64,000 nt of DNA, from assembly GCF_009914755.1 (NCBI RefSeq), contig NC_060930.1; one strand, 5' to 3'. The stretch comes from the human T2T-CHM13v2.0 reference genome, Homo sapiens. Positions 27,526 to 42,328 of the stretch are shown here, piece after piece. The translations under genes were made by a program, and so were the position numbers. The notes under the pieces are model-generated. The model was not told the DNA's origin and ran no database searches. It saw nothing but the letters and a program-made list of their open reading frames with translations. The number at the start of each line of letters is the position of its first letter. The first letter of the stretch is position 1.

Positions 27526-30500
27526 CTGATTGGAAAAGGGAAAGGTATTATTTATCGGTTATAACAATGATTCTGCTTAGATGAAGATGAACACATTTAG
27601 CACTCAGTTTCCTCATAGTTTCTCTCTTTTTCTCTCACTTTATATGGTTTACATTTTCAGTTCATGACACTTTCAAGTTGCCAGTTACCATATGCATGAA
27701 GCTTTTTTTAATGGCCAACACCCATGATTACAAGCAACTTCAGTCTGTTATTTTTTATTGATTCCACATTATACATAAAAAGTCAATATACACTTACAAT
27801 GAGCCAACTTGGTTGCAGAACTGTATAACACACCATTTTTTTTACTTTCCAGACCAAAAAAGGTTACTAAAAAAAATAAACATATTCTGTGAATAGTCTA
27901 TTCATAAAAAAGAACACAGATCATTACTTTGGTTTAAAAATTTTAGGAGCAAAATAGTTTCCATCTTTAATCATCATTCTTTTTCTACTTTTCTAATATT
28001 CAATATTTTCTGATGACATAAATAGATAACAATGAAAGTGACATCCAGAGCACAGAAAATAGTTGATTAGTCAGGTATGAGTGGACATTAATAGTTCACT
28101 GCCAATACCTCACCTGTGGAGTTAATTTTCCTGGCCCAAGAGGGCAAATCAGAGATGTTTAGCTATTAGATAGAGAGAAATGAGAGAAATGTTTGTGGTG
28201 GGTCATTGCTGAAATGCAATGACATAGGCATCAATGTAATGAGGCTAAAAGTAAAGGTGCCTGGTCCTAGTCTCAATTCTGCCAATAGACAAAAATGACC
28301 CATTCCCTCTGAGGTGGAATAAAATAAGGAATTTTTTCAACTCTTGAGAAAGTTCAGTTTTCAATACAAAATATCAAACAATAGCACCTTCTTTTTCTTC
28401 CTCCAAAAATACAAATGCTTCCATTTCCGCAAATATTATCATGCTTCTCATAAGAGGAGAGTATATTTGGGTCTTGTGGCAAGCAGGTTGCCAGGGTGTC
28501 AGAGTGTATACTAACAGAGAATTTGCTTAGGATGACTTTCCTGATTGATTCTCACCCATTTCCAAGGCAATCCATTTAATAGGTTTTGTTCAAAGGGAGA
28601 GAGGACCAAGTCACAGAGATAGGAGAGAGAATAGTGGCCCATAAATAAAAAGCTGGACTCCTACTCTAACTAGAGTTGAGCCTCTACCATGTCAGGCCTT
28701 CATTTTCAAACTCATTAAAGTGAGGAAGTTGGCTAATAAATCCCTATCTGTTCTTCAGTGTAAAATGAATGATTCTTTGGTTCTAAAATGGCTCCAATTA
28801 TCCAAATAAAGATACTGTCATTTCAGAAAAACAAAATGATAAATGAACAATTAAAGCAACTCTCAGCCTTCCATGACTATAATAAAAACACTCAAGCTAC
28901 AGCTGAAATTCTATATTCCGGTGTTCTGTGAAGGTGACATGGACCGAATTACCAAGCAATTTTTTTTCAGCGTAATGCTGAAAATTCTTCTGATGTGGAT
29001 GACTCTAATGCTTATCCCAACAAATGGCCTATTGATTACATTAGTATCCTAGTTTAGTAAAGGTACTATTTCAATATAATTCTTTGGGTTATAACTTGGC
29101 TTAGCACAGGTGTCAGAGACTATAAACACTAAAAAGACTTGGTGTGGCTGTTAGTCTAATCCAATGTTTCTAAAATATTCCATGGAATACTCCTGGAAAA
29201 CAGAGTTCCATGGTCAACATATACATAGACTCTGTCCCTCTCTGCAGCATGTCAAAGGCCCTAGGGGATATTTTGGCAACATTCTGAGATCCTGTTTAAA
29301 CCAACATATTTTTAAAATTTATCCAAAATATCTGAAATAACCCAGAGATTATGATTTGAGAGTTTAGTATACATTTCTGAGTTCTTCTTAGCATCAGATA
29401 ACAACTGAGTTTGAATATTGAAACTCCATTTATAACAGAATAATCCCACACCCTTATCCTCAGCTGTTTCACCATAAAAATGGGGATAATAGCCCTGATC
29501 TTGCATTCTGTTATAACAGAGAAATAAGATTCTATATTTAAAATCTTACAAAAGTGTGTGGCCCATAACAGATATCAACTAATCATTGTTGCTGCTGTTG
29601 CTATTATTATTGCTGTAGTTATTGTTTTTATTATTATTTCTAGAAGCCTTCAAATGGAGAATTCAGTATATGAATATAAAAGGAAAGGAAAATAAAAGCA
29701 AAATGGACAGCCAACTTGTATGTTTATCTGCAGTGGAGAAAATCTCTTCTTCCAGAAGTTAGAATAAATCATAAAACGTCAGGAAAACAGCAGGTCCACT
29801 GCCCTGAGGTGATAGGGATAATGTCTTTGGCTCTTTCAGCTTCTGCATTTTCTGGACTTTCATTGGAAAATACACTTAAAATTCACTGAGCTATGTGGCA
29901 AGCTACCTTTCCTTATTACTCCTTTTTAGTGTTTAGGATTGCCAGACTGTAATGTAACACACATGTTTCCTGCAGACAGCCTTTTCTCCTGCCCCAAAAC
30001 AAGTTTGAAACTCACAATACCAAAAATAATGAGAGTGATTTCTAAAATAAATGGCATCAATTTTCTTCTCTTAAAATCAGTGAAAATGTACTCCTGGCAT
30101 ACTCATAGACATTTCAGGACCCAGTAGGCACTGGGCTCTTACTGTATCTTGAAATGAAGACTTTGCATAGGTCAAATGTTTCCTTTAAGAATTCTAGAGA
30201 GCTCCATGTACCTCTCTAAGGCAATCAGCTGGGGACCTCTGAGTACTAAGCTGCATTTTCCAGCTATACAATATGAACAAACTTCATGATGCACTTCAAG
30301 TTGCTTGACCAGTTTCACCGCAGCTGTTTGATTATAATGAATGTGTTATGCCCCATCATGAAAATATGTTCATTTACAAAGAGTTACTCTGGCTTTAAAT
30401 TGCTCCAATGGGCTCGCTGCAAGTCCAGGAAGTTATTTAGGATCATTCAGAATGAAATGGAGTTTACGGTAATGTCAATGACAAACAGATCTAAAACAAT

Positions 30501-32176
30501 GAACCTGACAAATGGTAAGTACTAAGGAGACATTTAGACATTTGGATCTATACTTTAGTAACCATAGATAAAAATTTTAAAGGGACAAAAAATATTTTCC
30601 TTTGGGAGAGGATGAGTTTATTCTATTTAACTTAATCATGGATTTGGCTTCATTTGTTTTGAGAGTTTCAAGGGTTCTCTGAAATTGGTCAGGGATCACT
30701 TGGCCACATTAATATCCATATGTGGATATTACTGGCTGTGATCATAACTATCATGTATTGAGCATATACTGTGTGCAAGAATCTGGACAATATCTTTAAA
30801 TACAGTATGTTCAGCCCCTCACAGCAATCCATAAGACTGAGGCATTAAGTAACCGCCCCAAGGCCACATGCTGTAAGCAGTACACTTTCTCAGAACCAGG
30901 TTGACCTGTACCTCCAGTGATCTTTCTAAGACAAAAGGATTCCACATTAGGCCACAGCAATGAAAACTATTAGGAATTATATTCCCAGGTTGTGAAATGT
31001 GGGAACAAAACAGGCAATGTCAGAAATAAGTGAGTAAATGAAAAAAGGGCTTTGGATCCAACATATATGCTATACTCAATCCTTTCTCATCCAAATTTTC
31101 TGGCATGCAAAGCTGGCATGTTTGAGCTAGAGAAAGATGAGCTGAACTAATGGATAATTGCTACTTTATGGATGGCAATTAGAATTATGCAGATCTCAGC
31201 AATTTCTTCTCATCTTTGCAACTCAAAATGCAAACAATATACAGTCAAGAAATTTTGGAGTGACTGTTATATTGACCTAGTTAAGACATGTATTATACAG
31301 AAGTAATACAACCAAGGAATTGCTGGAACTAGTAGGGACACTGGAGATTCTCTAATACAATTCAATCTCTGCTTTCACAGAAGGGAAAACCGAAACTCAG
31401 AGAAGGTATGTGACTCATTACGGGGCATTTGTTTGAACATAACCAACAAAATAAAGCCAGTCCGAGGTATAGAAGCAATATACATAATGGCACAAAGCAC
31501 AGAGTTAGACATCAGGTGGACTTGGGATAGAACTCTAGATCAGCTACTTACAGGATGTGGGCCCAGAGGAAAATATTTAACCTGAGGCTCAGTATTCCCA
31601 ACTGTGAAATGGGAAGTTGCATTATATGTTATATCAAATACTGGTAAAACTGATAAAGCTACTGGCATTTTGAGGCACTCAATAAATGATACATATAATC
31701 TAGATAGATAACCCTTTTTTACAATGGTAATAATTACAACGGTATTTGTACTTTGGTAAATTCCTCTGGGCTTCTATCAAGTGTAAAATAGTAACAATTA
31801 TACTATCCTGTTTAGTGTTTCAGTAGCTAAAAGAAAGATCTGCTTTGATAAGAAGACATTCCTCAGTTTCTTGAGGAATATAAGATATTAGTTGGTAAAA
31901 GGTGTTGTCTGCTCTTTCAACCTTCGTGCGTATATCAGAAGGAAATGTCCTTGAGCCTTTGCTGAAATAGCAGCCCTTTAATGAGAAGTACCTTCTTAAT
32001 TTTCACTTGTACAGCAAAATCCCAACCTCTCCTTAAAGGTAAAGGCCAAAGTTATGACACAATAAGACTTTATCATTTAGACACAATAAAATACATGTCA
32101 TAATAAATTTCCTGCTTTCAGTATATTTTTGCTGAATATATCAAATACAAAATGATATGAACGAAAAGTTTCATAC

Positions 32177-32324
32177 CTTTTGTAACTGTTCAAAAATGTA
32201 TGACAGTGTCCTTGGGATAATGCCTCTGTCACTGTAACGCTCTGCACCCCCTGTGATAGTGAATGTCTTCCCGCTGCCTGTTTGCCCATATGCAAAGATG
32301 GTACCATTGTAACCTGCCAGGACA
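32177..32324 (-). CDS. KIF6: Kinesin motor-domain exon with the P-loop (KIF6, probably exon 4), 148 bp
   Basis: Translates (1 nt)+[49 protein letters not shown], containing Walker A GQTGSGKT. Acceptor tttattgcAG at 32326-32325; donor AAG|GTATGA. Matches the KIF6 protein as I recall it. Confidence 0.97.
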
Positions 32325-33343
32325 CTGCAATAAAGAAATGACACACTTTCAATATCAACATGGCTAACTGCATATGAATTAAATGGCTTGTATTCTAATA
32401 ACAATCTTATTAAACACTATTAAAAAAACTTTATAGAAATATCTATTAAAAATTTATATATGTGAATATCTAGCTAGAATTTACATTTTTATCTAGGAAC
32501 AGCAGCACATCAATCCTGTTCTCTAAGAAAGGATGTGTAACACAAATGGAGTTCAGTCATCTTAAATATATTCTTCATCTTTTAGTACACACTGGACTTG
32601 AATCAAAGAATATATTGAAAAAAAGTTCTGGGGAAACAATACCTGTAATTTGGCAAACTGTCAACCTGACAACTGGTACCTCACATGGTGTAAACACTCA
32701 CAATAGTAGTTACTTCCTAGAACAGGAGGAACACACTCTGCTTGCCACCATATACCTTGCAATGTAATTCCCTACTTAATACTAAGCACCAACTGAAAAT
32801 CCTCTAGGAATTCCCCTCCTCTCTTTTCTTGGAATGACTTTTTGGTAGAAGATGCTAGTCCATATATATTCTTCAGCCCTGCAGAGCGGCCCTTGATTTG
32901 ATGGTGGTCTTAAGAACCCAAAGGCTGGATCTTCTCAGCCTTTGAAGAGCACCACCTGTAATATAAGCTTTTATAAATATGCATGAAATGATGTAGACTT
33001 TCAAAACTGTGTCTTTAATCTATGCTACATGGAACAGTAAACTTTTGTAGCTTTATGTTCGTTTTTTGATACAAGTGGCTCCTTGATCTCTGAGATGTTT
33101 TCATTAAACTAGCTACGATGACATCAGCTATTGGTCCCCATGTTGTGGGTGGATTTTTTGATAGATGGCTCCTCTGAGTTCACCCCTCACTGTTCATATT
33201 AGAATTCCTCCCTATTAGTTCTGTCAACATCCTATCTACAGTTCTATGTTTCATATGCTTTCATGCCTGTGTGTTGAGTGATCTGTCATTATAAGGGTCT
33301 CCTAAAACACACAGGTTTGACTGGAGATTATTCTGAAGTGGTC

Positions 33344-33399
33344 ACTTATGACCACCTTATGCAACTATTAAACTTATGACCACCTTATGCAACTATTAA
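33344..33399 (+). repeat. Perfect 28-bp tandem duplication
   Basis: acttatgaccaccttatgcaactattaa twice. Confidence 0.95.
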
Positions 33400-33857
33400 A
33401 CTAACAATAATATCTTCAGCAACACGTCAATGCATCTGTTGCTGTGTAGGTAGAAAGTGTTGTTGGTGCTTACAAATTTAATGGACTTAGTACAGGGAAT
33501 GCGCAAGAAAGTATTGTAACTGTGTGATTCAATGTTCTACTTTTGAGGAGTGTAATCACTTTTCTTCGTGTGTCTTTACATGGAGACAATATACTGTTGA
33601 AATTCTCAATTTCTAAGATGTTGGAACTATGACAAAATTAGATATATAATTACAGAATCTTTTTCCTCAACAGAATTTGTTACCAATGAAACATTGATGT
33701 CCCATTAGCAATATCATTTGGATATATGATATTTCTTGGCCATAAATGCTGTAGGTAAATGAAGTCTAAAATTTCAAATATCTAATCTTAAACATTTTAT
33801 TGATTCTTGATAGAAAGAATAGATGTAAAATATTCTAGGCATTATCTGTCTTGAAAA

Positions 33858-34224
33858 ACACCATGGAATACTCTGCAGCCATAAAAATTGATGAGTTCAT
33901 GTCCTTTGTAGGGACATGGATGAAGCTGGAAACCATCATTCTCAGCAAACTATCGCAAGGGCAAAAAACTAAACACCACATGTCCTCACTCATAGGTGGG
34001 AATTGAACATGAGAACACATGGACACAGGAAGGGGAACATCACACACCGGGGACTGTTGTGAGGTGGGGGGACGGGGGAGGGATAGCATTAGGAGATATA
34101 CCTAATGTTAAATAACGAGTTAATGGGTGCAGCACACCAACATGGCACATGTATACAAATGTAACTAACCTGCACGTTGTGCACATGTACCCTAAAACTT
34201 AAAGTATAATATATATAAAAAAAA
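33858..34224 (+). mobile_element. 5'-truncated primate L1 (L1PA3/4-like) 3' end
   Basis: caccatggaatact...gggagggatagcattaggagatatacc...taccctaaaacttaaagtataa plus A tail. Confidence 0.95.
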
Positions 34225-34729
34225 GCCACTGCCAAGGAAACAAAAAAAAAAGGAAAAAACTACAGAGCACAAATTAATATTTTCATTTTGATATAGATAT
34301 AGACTACGAAAAGTGAGTAGGTAGTACACTACGTTGGCATCTGCTAAGTGTTATGTCTACTTTTTTATGCTAAAATCTTCTTTCTCACTGCCAGTTGTCC
34401 TAGTATGTCTGTCTTTAATATGTGCTCCCCCTACCCCCATCTACTGTGGGATGGAAAACCAGATGACATAGCTTCATAGAACACTGTAAAATAAAAAGGG
34501 TAAGGCTTGACCTATATATACTCCCATGGCTATTTATTTATTACGTTGCTACAATTAAACGTTAAATAAGGAAATGTAATCAGGCAAAATTTGTCTCCAG
34601 TCCCTTCTGTAGAGCCTCCATTCCAACTCAGTCTTGTAACCACTCTTCAATGGACACTAGGCCTTTTCATGTGCTTCTGGTCTCATCTGTCCTAAGGAAA
34701 AATACTAGTTAAAAATAAAGAAAGAGAAA

Positions 34730-37405
34730 TAGTGGTGTAATGAACTTTGAAAATCCATTACTCCACAAGAACAATAATACCAGTGGCAAAAATTGTCAAA
34801 ATCAACTTTTTCAGAACTCTGGAAATTATCCAAAGGCTCACACCAATCCAAGAAGTGTTTATGTAAGACAAACAGCTAAACTCAGTAGGAACCATGAGCT
34901 TTGTGGTATTTTAACTTCAACATTCCCAGCACCTCTCCCTAGCTCCATGGTAGCCTTCAAAAACAACAGCCTTGAAACATTGGAGCTGTGAAATCCAGCA
35001 GCCTAGCAACCACTGTAGGGGGCAGTATGGATTTGGGGCTCCTCAAAATGCCCCATCCTCAAAGAGCTGCCACTCTCTGACTCGTCTGGGAGCTCTCTGG
35101 AAAAGCTCCACTCATGGTACTTGTCTTTGTTAGACCTGATTCAGAGTTCACTCAGTGTGAGCAGCCCTGTCCTCGGGGTGTTTGTTGAAAAAAAATCAGT
35201 GGCAAGTGTTTAACATCACAGCTGGCAAAGCTGCAATGCCAGTGAAGTAAACAAGAACGTAACCAAAAACTTAGAAAAACCTGAGAAATGTGTATAAGGG
35301 GTTTCAAAAAACTCTAATGTATTCCTGGGAATCGGGAAGGCCACACACATGTGCAGGACTATATGTATGCCCAGAAAAGACCTGAGAAGGGCATTATAAC
35401 TCACCTCTGGCTGGCCTTTAGACTGCACAAACAGAAAGTGAGAAGAAAGACAGTGTTACAAACTTCCTCAGCATTGAAGGTATGCCCCAACAAACATGTA
35501 GGGACCCTTGTATGTAGGCTGGGAGATGGAGGAGTTCAAGGAATTTAAGGAAATTTATTTCATTATCTTGCCTAAATTTACTGGCTAGTTTGTTGACGAT
35601 AAATTTGCTCAGTTTTTGTTTATCTTGGAATGTCTTAATTTCTTCTTCATTTTTGAGAATAATATTGCCAGACATAGAAGTCTCTATTTGCACATGACAT
35701 AATCTTGTATATAGAAAATACTAAGGAATTTACTATAAAATTATGGGAAGTAAGAAACAAGTTCAGCAGGATTGTAGGGTACAAGTCTTAACACTGTGTA
35801 GATGGCAATATTCCCTAAACTGATCTACATTTGTGCGATTTCTATCAAAATTCAAGCTGGCTTATTTGCAAAAATTGACAATATTCTTATAAAATTTATA
35901 CAGAAAGTCAAGGGACACAGAATAGCTAAAACAATCTTGAAAAGAAAGAACAAAGGTAGATGACTCACACATCCCTATTTCAAAACCTACTACAAAGCTA
36001 GAATAATTAAGACAGAGGGATACTGGCATAAGGCCATACATATGGATCAATAAAATAAAATTAAGAATCCAGAAATAGACCCTTATATTTATGATCAGTT
36101 GATTTTCAACAAGGGTGCCAACACTATTCAATGGAGGAAAGAATGGTCTTTTTAACAAATGATCCTTGGACAACTGGATATCCACATGAAAAAGAATAAA
36201 GCTGGACCTCTACCTCAGGCCATGTACAAAAATTAACTCAAAACGAATCACAGACCTAATGTAAGAGATAAAACTTAAAAGAAAATCTTGCAAGAAAACT
36301 TAGGAGTAAATCTTCATGAGCTAAATTAGGCAATGTTTTTTAGATATGACATCAAAAGCACAAAGAGCCAAAGGAAAAAAATAAGCTGCACTTCATCAAA
36401 ATTAAAAATTTTGTGTTTCAAAAGACACAATCAAGTAAGTGAAAAGACAACACAATGGAGATAATGTATGCAAATCATATCTATCTGGCAAGGGACTTGT
36501 CATCATATCCATAATCCATAACATACAAAGAAATCTTACAACTCAATAATAAGAAGACAAACAATCTAATTAAAAAGCGGGCAACAGATTCGAATAGACA
36601 TTTCTCTAAAAAGAAATGCAAATGGCCAATAACATATAAAAAGATGCTCAACATAATTGGTCATTAGGGAAATGCAAGTCAAAATCACAATAAGATGCAA
36701 TTTCACACCCACTAGTATGGCTAAAACAAAAAAAAAAGAGACAATGAGAAGTGCTGGTGACAATGTGGACAAATTGGAACCTTCATACATTGTTGCTGGA
36801 AATGTAAAATGGTACATTTTGAGGTCTTAACAGTTCCTCAAAATGTAAACCTAGTATTGCCATATGACCCGGCTAGGTGTATACCCAGCAGTATTAAAAA
36901 CATGTGTCCACACAAAAATTTGTAGTGAATGTTCACAACAGCATTATTCATTATTTAGCCAAAAAGTGGAAACAACACAAAGTGACCGTCAGCTGATGAG
37001 TGGATAAACAAGATGTACTGTATCCATTCCATGGGATATTATTTGGCAAGGAGAAGGCAGTACAGATACATGCTACAATAAGGATAAAACTTGAAAACAC
37101 ATTAAATTTTAAAAAGCCAGTCAAAAAAGATGATATATTGTGATTCTATTTCTAGAAAATGTTCAGGATAAGAAAATTCCATAGAGATAGAAAGTAGGTT
37201 AGTGTTAGACAGGGGCTAGAAGGAAGGGAAAATGGAGAGTGACTGCTAATGGCTATGGTACAGAGCTTCTTTTTGGCGGTAATGAAAAGGTTTCAAAATT
37301 AAATAATGGTGATTGATGGTGGCACATTTGTACTAAAAACAACTAAATTGCATGCTTTAAAGAGTAAATGTTTTAGTATTTGAATTACATCTCAACAAAG
37401 CTGTT
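34730..37405 (+). mobile_element. Old L1 (L1MB-like): 5' region, inverted ORF1 piece, ORF2 3' part and 3' UTR
   Basis: 5'-region-like 34730-35530; minus-strand ORF1 C-terminal remnant EIKTFQDKQKLSKFI at ~35575-35680; plus-strand ORF2/3'UTR 35690-37405 ending tgaattacatctcaacaaagctgtt. Confidence 0.8.
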
Positions 37406-37949
37406 GTAACAATAAAATAGTAAAGAAGAGTCTATACTCACTTGCTAATAACCAGATGTGTATACTATCTTTTCAGTAGTATTTTTTAAAGACAGAGATA
37501 AGGGTAATTAATAAAAGGAATGAAAAGCTAATGATACATTTCAGCAATGAAGAGTGAGATAAACATTTTTGTTCAGAAGTATTTCTGAACTTCCTAAAAT
37601 CAACAATGCAGGCTGCTGCTTAATTCATCTCAGCTAGAGACAGTCCTAATATGTAAATAAATCAACCCTTTATAAACCCAGAGTTTGATGATCAGAGGAA
37701 ATTTCCATTGTAGAAATTCTCTCCTTCCTTTTGCAAAATGCACTTTTCCTAGAAGTTTAAATTAGGAAGCTAAGGTAGTTTGTCATTTCTTATCTTTTAA
37801 TATTTGCATGAATTAAACAAAAATAAAGCCTCAACCCTTTTGGAGATTATAAACTGAAGTGTCACTCCAGACACAACACATTTACATGCTAGAAAAAAAT
37901 ACAAGTCATTTTAAAGTTTAGTTTTTCCATTTGTATTACTCTTTGTTTA

Positions 37950-38754
<805 letters not shown>

Positions 38755-40273
38755 AAGAATCTCAAGATACAATGTCTAAATGAAAGTAATCAACAACAAA
38801 TCATTATTGTAGTAATAATTTAGTTCACTAAACCAAAAAACAAGACATGAATTATAGTCCCTCAAAGAGACAGCATAGTTGAAAAAAAAAGAAACAAAAT
38901 ATAGTAATAGGATCATGGATTTTATAATTGATGTCAGCAGAGGTCTTCTAACTACATTTTGTCCACCCAAAGAATTCCCTCCAAGGTATTTCTGAAAAAC
39001 AGTTACACAAAGTATGCTTAGACAGGACCAGGTTGGACTTAGAGAACTGGGCAGGGCTGATTTCATTTTTGAGAGGGGAGGGGCAGGTGAAGCAGCACCT
39101 TAAAAGTTTAGTCTTAGTTTAATAGTTAAGTTTAACAGTTTAGCTTTAGAAAAATTAAAAATCAAAGGCAAATACATTTTATATGTATTTAAAAACAGTT
39201 GCTAGAAGCAAAACGTACTAGTTCACTCAGAAAACACAAACCAAACAATTGGTACTAAGGACAAATTTTTTAAGCTAATAGAAATACGCTATATACATGT
39301 TTAATCTGACAAAACATCTTTGCATAAATCAACACAACTAATTTGGAACAAATGAAAATTAAGCTCCCCTATTTTAAATACACAGTTCCGCCTTATCCAT
39401 ACTTGCCTTTCACACAGTTCTGAGATCCCGAGTAAGTGAAACTCAGTTATTTTGAAATCCCCAGAGCAGTTAACTTCTGTCTACTGTAACCCTCTTTCTA
39501 GAATAAAGTCTCTCAATCCCTCATAAGCAGTCCCAAGGGGCAACTGGATCTTTTATAGAGAAATACGGTAAATGACTCCTAACTGTTTCACTTTCAGAAT
39601 ATCTCACAGTGCATAAATTCAGTAGCTTAAATTTTAGAGATTTCAACCAAAAACAATAGCAATTCATAATTAGCACAATTAACACAATTCAGTTTTGCCA
39701 TATATAAAAATAATCTTCTCATTGGTTAAGCCAAATGAACATGGAACTTGTAAAATTTCCAGCAAGATTTTGATCACGGGGCATTTCCTGTGCTGCAAAG
39801 AAGGGAGAAAAAAATGTGAGGAGGCCGACACTTCTGGGGAATTTAAGAGAATAGTAGACTTTGAGAGGTCTGTTTTTCTGCCTAGCAAGCTTTCTTAGTC
39901 CCTCTTATGGTAATAGGCTCCCAGTCTCCTTCTACAAGCTCAAGAGGGGCAGGCAGGTGTATGGACCCCATGACTCAGGCCTGGCCAGTCATACCACTTG
40001 ATCCCATCTTGGTTCCTCCAACCACTGTCCCACCTGTAACAGCTATTATATCATTACAAGAAGCTGGTGACATGACTCAAGCCGAGCAAAAAAGAGTGCC
40101 TTTGTGTCTCCTGTATAGATTTTGAGAAGAAAATAAGTTTTATTTTTACTGGGGTCCCTACTAGAGGCCGTATCCCCTGCCCTTCAGCACAAGGAAGCAG
40201 GGCCAAGTAAAGTTCAGATGGGTGAAGGATTATGGCTATGTCAGGAACCTAGGTCAAACAGTGAAGGCCCTGA

Positions 40274-40952
<679 letters not shown>

Positions 40953-41260
40953 TGAGCTAAACCAGTTATGTGAGACAAGAAATCCTCTCTGCTTTGAGTT
41001 GGAATTCAGTTACATGCAACCAAGAGAATCATAATTATTGCAAAGTTTCCAGAGTGATCTGAAAGACACCTCTTAGTCCTTGATTTACAGCAAGGATCTC
41101 AAGCTGGCAGTAAAACTTGCCTACAGGAATGCTTAAACTTAACTAAATTTGAATGCCTTTTTGCGAGACATGTTCTTCAGTTTGCTGTGGTCCCCAACAT
41201 TCCCTAACATCTTAGGATCAACTGCTTCCTAAAGGTATGTTACTTGCCTAGACTTGAAAG

Positions 41261-41395
41261 CAGGGCTGCATCACTGCATAATCACAGTGCAGTCCATGCG
41301 AATGCCGGTGCCCCCTCACCTTTGTGCAGTGCCTAGCCATTTGTGTAGGCCACTGTGAAGCATGTCCCCTGGAGGTGTACAATATAGAAGTCCTG
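41261..41395. mobile_element. Possible MER91-like hAT MITE
   Basis: cagggct...gcagtccatgcgaatg.cggtgcccc...tgtgcagtgc...cctg. Confidence 0.4.
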
Positions 41396-41457
41396 CGTAA
41401 AGGCATGTGAGTTTAGTTCCCCTAGTTTAGATACTGTCCTTTCTAAAAGCATGTTTT

Positions 41458-41761
41458 GGCCCAGGGCAGTGGCTTATGCCTGTAATCCTAGCACAGGAGG
41501 CAGATGGATTGCTTCAGCCCAGGAGTTTGAGACCAGCCTGGTCAACATAGCAAGACCCTGTCTCTGCCAAAAAAAAAAAAAAAAATTAGTTGGGTGTGTG
41601 GTGTGCTCCTGGAGTCCTAGCTACTCGAGAGGCTAAGGTGGGAGGATCACTTGATCCCAGGACTTCAAGGTTACTGTGAGCTATGATTGGGTGACAAGAA
41701 GACCCTGTCTCTAAATAAATAAGTAAATAAATAAAATAAGTCATAAAAGTAAAAATAAAAT
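41458..41761 (+). mobile_element. AluJ with internal deletions and (TAAA)n tail
   Basis: J-type gcccaggagtttgag; TSD aaaagcatgtt at 41445 and 41762. Confidence 0.9.
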
Positions 41762-42293
41762 AAAAGCATGTTCTGGCAACATCATTCTAAGATCTCTTAC
41801 AGCTTCAGTTCTATGATATATTGATCTGGTTATAAATCCTGATAGAGAAATAAAGTAGGTTACATGGCTAGCCTTCGTCAACCTAAACCAAATCATCAAT
41901 CATTTTGGAAAGGAATATCCAAGGCCAAGAATATCTAGATTAGAAATAGTTACCCCACACAACCAAAATTGTTTTGTGTGAGAAAAATGAAACTGCAAAC
42001 ATGGATTAACTGGTAATTTATACATCTGCGGGCATACTGGTTATTAAACTAGAGTCACAAAGAAAGAGACCCACAGGCAAAATATAGCTAGCAGAGCATT
42101 TGTTTGGTCAACACTGTCTTTTTTAAAAAATTCAGTCTGAGTGGTCTTAGTCCCCAATTTAAGCACAGATACCACCACTCCATCTGGCCCTCACTAGTTT
42201 ACTTCAGATTAATTGTTTGCCTTCCATGGAATGTTGAGTTTTGCAACTGCTATAAAGTGACTCAGATAAATGGTAAGAGTAACACTCTGATTA

Positions 42294-42328
42294 AAGAAAG
42301 AAAGAAAGAAAGAAAGAAAGGAAAGAAA
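42294..42328 (+). repeat. (GAAA)n microsatellite
   Basis: Direct read. Confidence 0.9.

Noticed and set aside
32171-32404. 77-aa ORF as a standalone gene
   Set aside because: It is the KIF6 exon plus in-frame intronic flank; splice sites delimit 32177-32324.
32760-33800. Possible very old transposon coding remnant (also 52860-53100 and 12090-12280)
   Set aside because: I could not assign a family or translate a convincing motif; needs a Dfam/HMM search.
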